Below, in pieces: positions 61,549-64,000 of a stretch of 64,000 nucleotides of DNA. Origin of the DNA: Candidatus Aminicenantes bacterium UBA2190 (GTDB lineage: Bacteria > Acidobacteriota > Aminicenantia > UBA2199); NCBI GenBank assembly GCA_002335385.1, contig DCVK01000021.1, positions 137,635 through 201,634 of the forward strand, written 5' to 3'. The position numbers and the translations under genes are program-made. Positions within the stretch are counted from its first letter, which is position 1. Every line of letters starts with the position of its first letter. A model generated the notes under the pieces. It was not told where the DNA came from, did not search any database, and saw nothing but the letters and a program-made list of their open reading frames with translations.

Positions 61549-62484
61549 ACGAAAAAAAAATTCGCATGGCCGCTGATCGCCGGGGCGCTTGTTCTCGCCG
61601 CCGCGGCAGGTTTTGCCCTAAGCGCGGGGAATGTCCCCGGCCGGGAAACGCTGCGCCTTGAAGTGGAGGCCGTCGCGCGGTCGATCGACGGCAAGCTGGG
61701 AGTGGCCATGTTGGGGCTGGAAACGCGGGAGAGCTTCCCGTTCAACGGAGACCACCGTTTCCCGATGCAGAGCGTCTACAAGTTTCCCCTGGCCATGGCC
61801 GTGCTCGAGTTGGTGGACAAGGGCCGGCTCTCCCTGGGCCAGGCCGTTCGCGTGGCCCCTGCCGACCTCCTGCCCGATACCTGGAGCCCGCTGCGCGACG
61901 CGAACCCAAGGGGCGATTTCGATCTCGCCCTGAGCGAGCTGCTGCGAGTCACCGTGTCCGAGAGCGACAACAACGGCTGCGATATCCTTTTCCGCATGCT
62001 GGGCGGCCCGGCGGCGGTCGACGCCTACGTCCGCGGTCTCGGCGTAGAAGGCATGGCCATCGCCGCCACCGAGGAGGAAATGCACCGCGTCCGCGATTCG
62101 CAGTTCAGCAACTGGTGCGAGCCGGCCGCCATGGCGCGGCTGCTCGACCTCTTTTTCCAGGGCGGGACCCATGCCGTTGCCAGCCGCGATTTCCTGATGC
62201 GGCTGATGATGGAGACCGCCACCGGACCCAAGCGCATCAAGGGCTTGCTGCCCTTGGGGACGCCGGTGGCCCACAAGACCGGTACGTCGTTCACCGATGA
62301 AAAAGGGTTGACGGCGGCCACCAACGACGTCGGCATCGTCACCCTGCCCGACGGGAGCCATGTCGCCATGGTCATTTTCCTGGCCGACTCCTCCGCCTCG
62401 CCGGAGGCCCGGGAAAACGCGATCGCCCGCGTCGCCCGGGCCGGGTTTGATTACTTCGCGGCGGCGAAACCCGGGAAAGAGTAG
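61549..62484 (+). CDS. bla: class A beta-lactamase (subclass A2-like) with ACG at the start position
   Basis: FPMQSVYK, SDN, EEEMH omega loop, KTG; in-frame signal peptide KKKFAWPLIAGALVLAAAAGFA follows GAGGAGG...ACG. Confidence 0.85.
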   Translation, partial: TKKKFAWPLIAGALVLAAAAGFALSAGNVPGRETLRLEVEAVARSIDGKLGVAMLGLETRESFPFNGDHRFPMQSVYKFPLAMAVLELVDKGRLSLGQAVRVAPADLLPDTWSPLRDANPRGDFDLALSELLRVTVSESDNNGCDILFRMLGGPAAVDAYVRGLGVEGMAIAATEEEMHRVRDSQFSNWCEPAAMARLLDLFFQGGTHAVASRDFLMRLMMETATGPKRIKGLLPLGTPVAHKTGTSFTDEKGLTAATNDVGIVTLPDGSHVAMVIFLADSSASPEARENAIARVARAGFDYFAAAKPGKE

Positions 62485-62581
62485 GAGATTTTTGTCCGTT
62501 TCCGGGGTTTCGATTATGGATATTCGGATAATTTTGAAGTGAAGACGAAGATCGGCCCATGGCCGTTCAGGAAGGAGAACG

Positions 62582-62854
62582 ATGCTATACATGGCATATG
62601 AGAAATTCAAGGCGGCCGGGGCCAAAGAGGTCTATCGCCGATCGCGGGAAAAAGGCAGGATGCTGCCCCAAGGGCTGAATTATGTCTCAAGCTGGGTGGA
62701 CCTGGAGTTCAGCAGATGCTTTCAACTTATGGAGACCGAGGACTTTTCGCTGTTTTCAAAATGGACCAGCCAATGGCGGGACCTGGTGGAATTCGAGATC
62801 ATTCCGGTCAGGACATCGGCTGAAGCGATGACTTTGATGGAGCCGACCTTATGA
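62582..62854 (+). CDS. DUF3303-like small protein
   Basis: KGRMLPQGLNYVSSWV...CFQLMET...WRDLVEFEIIPV. Confidence 0.75.
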   Translation: MLYMAYEKFKAAGAKEVYRRSREKGRMLPQGLNYVSSWVDLEFSRCFQLMETEDFSLFSKWTSQWRDLVEFEIIPVRTSAEAMTLMEPTL

Positions 62855-62965
62855 ACGTGATAAAGTTTTCAGACACGTCTTGCTTTATGACCTTTCAAAA
62901 TTTGTAAAGTAAGGGACAGGAGGAGACGAATCCCTCCGCCCGGCAGCCCAGTGAAGGAGGTTCTC

Positions 62966-64000
62966 ATGGCCATCTCAACAATGTCTTTCCTCAGCAAGGC
63001 CAAGCGGCCGTTTTTCCTGGTCACAATCCTTTTCCTTCTGGCCGCAGCCCCGGCCTGGCCGGCCGCTGAAAACGAGTTCCTTACCCGCGAGGCCAGGGAG
63101 GCCATCGTGAAGCGCGTCGCTTCCGAATTCCGGGCCAAATATTTTCCCGCGCAGCTGGCCGAGGCCATGGCGGCGAACCTCGAGCGCAGCTTTGCCGCCG
63201 GGGCCTACGACGGGTTCGGGGATATCCCGGCGTTGGCGGCCCGCCTGCAGGAGGATTTGCGTTCGGTGTCGCGCGATCTGCACGTAAAGGTACTGCCCGG
63301 CGTGATCCCGGATTTCGACTCCGATGCCGAAATGCTGCGGCGGGAGAACTACGGCTTCACCGCCGTCGAGGTGCTGTCGGGAAACATCGGCTATGTCGAC
63401 TTCTTCCAGTTCTACGCGGTCAGGGATGCCGGGGCGACGGCCATCGCCGCCATGAACTTCGTGGCCAACTGCGACGCGCTCATCGTTGACCTGCGCAGCA
63501 ACGGCGGCGGCTACCCCGAGCTGCGTTCGCTGATCTGTAGCTATTTTTTCGACGAGCCCAAGCGCCTGATCGACTTCCACGGCCGCGACGGCGTCACCCA
63601 GAACTGGACCCTGCCTCACGTGCCCGGCCGACGCCTGCCCGCTGTCCCTCTCTTTGTGCTGATTTCCCGCAACACCTTTTCCTGCGCCGAGGATTTTGCC
63701 TTCTGCCTGCAGGGCCTGGGCCGGGCGACGGTCATTGGCGAGAACACTCGCGGAGGGGCCCATGACGCGAAATTGTGGGCCTTCCCTGCGGAAGGGATCT
63801 CTCTGCAGATCCCGTTCAACGAAGCGGCCGATCCCAGAACCGGGAAAAACTGGGAAGGAGAAGGGATCAAGCCCGACGTGCCGATGCCGGCCCGCAAGGC
63901 GCTGCCGGCAGCATGGCGCCTGGCCGCGCAGGCCCTGCTGAAGGAGGAGAAGGACCAAGGGCGGCGCTTCCTGCTCGAATGGATCGTCCAGGATTGCGGC
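62966..64000 (+). CDS. S41-family (IRBP-like) peptidase, 3'-truncated by window edge
   Basis: AAGGAGG RBS, ATG 62966, frame open to window end; SRDLH, GNIGY, DLRSNGGG, TFSCAE, IGENTRGGAH (absent from ORF track because there is no stop). Confidence 0.88.
   Translation, partial: MAISTMSFLSKAKRPFFLVTILFLLAAAPAWPAAENEFLTREAREAIVKRVASEFRAKYFPAQLAEAMAANLERSFAAGAYDGFGDIPALAARLQEDLRSVSRDLHVKVLPGVIPDFDSDAEMLRRENYGFTAVEVLSGNIGYVDFFQFYAVRDAGATAIAAMNFVANCDALIVDLRSNGGGYPELRSLICSYFFDEPKRLIDFHGRDGVTQNWTLPHVPGRRLPAVPLFVLISRNTFSCAEDFAFCLQGLGRATVIGENTRGGAHDAKLWAFPAEGISLQIPFNEAADPRTGKNWEGEGIKPDVPMPARKALPAAWRLAAQALLKEEKDQGRRFLLEWIVQDCG

Noticed and set aside
34290..64000. Classical integron attC sites between accessory genes
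   Set aside because: No convincing paired RYYYAAC...GTTRRRY boxes found by eye; a covariance-model search is needed to exclude them fully

Overview
High-GC chromosomal window from a diderm bacterium (Kdo genes, porins, lipoprotein). Gene content resembles Acidobacteriota/Candidatus Aminicenantia; this is inference only. About 66 CDSs, with no recognisable rRNA, tRNA, CRISPR array or transposase. Core backbone: TPR lipoprotein, Rrf2, a divergent reductase / serine-palmitoyltransferase-like pair with glycosyltransferases, bfr, ftsB-htpX, grpE-dnaK-dnaJ-rsmE-Ser/Thr kinase-apgM-MBL-xerD, pstS-porin, ndk-partner-switch-purA, aminotransferase, rlmN-thiF-thiS, methylmalonyl-CoA mutase, kdsA-kdsD-kdsC, cca-folP and mfd. 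Two accessory stretches lie at about 34.3-40.4 kb and 50.4-64 kb. Main unexplained signals: (1) many sequence-unrelated intergenic tandem tracts share one architecture, about 4 copies of a 6-7-mer ending in a GAAGA-like purine motif. They include (GACACT)n elements that punctuate accessory genes, two ~150-bp palindromes with swapped arms, and GTAG-type REPs bracketing an AbrB-Doc toxin-antitoxin pair. (2) A catalytically intact class A beta-lactamase has ACG at its start position. (3) A candidate sphingolipid locus. (4) Frequent apparently leaderless genes. All calls come from reading the sequence and motifs; no database searches were run.
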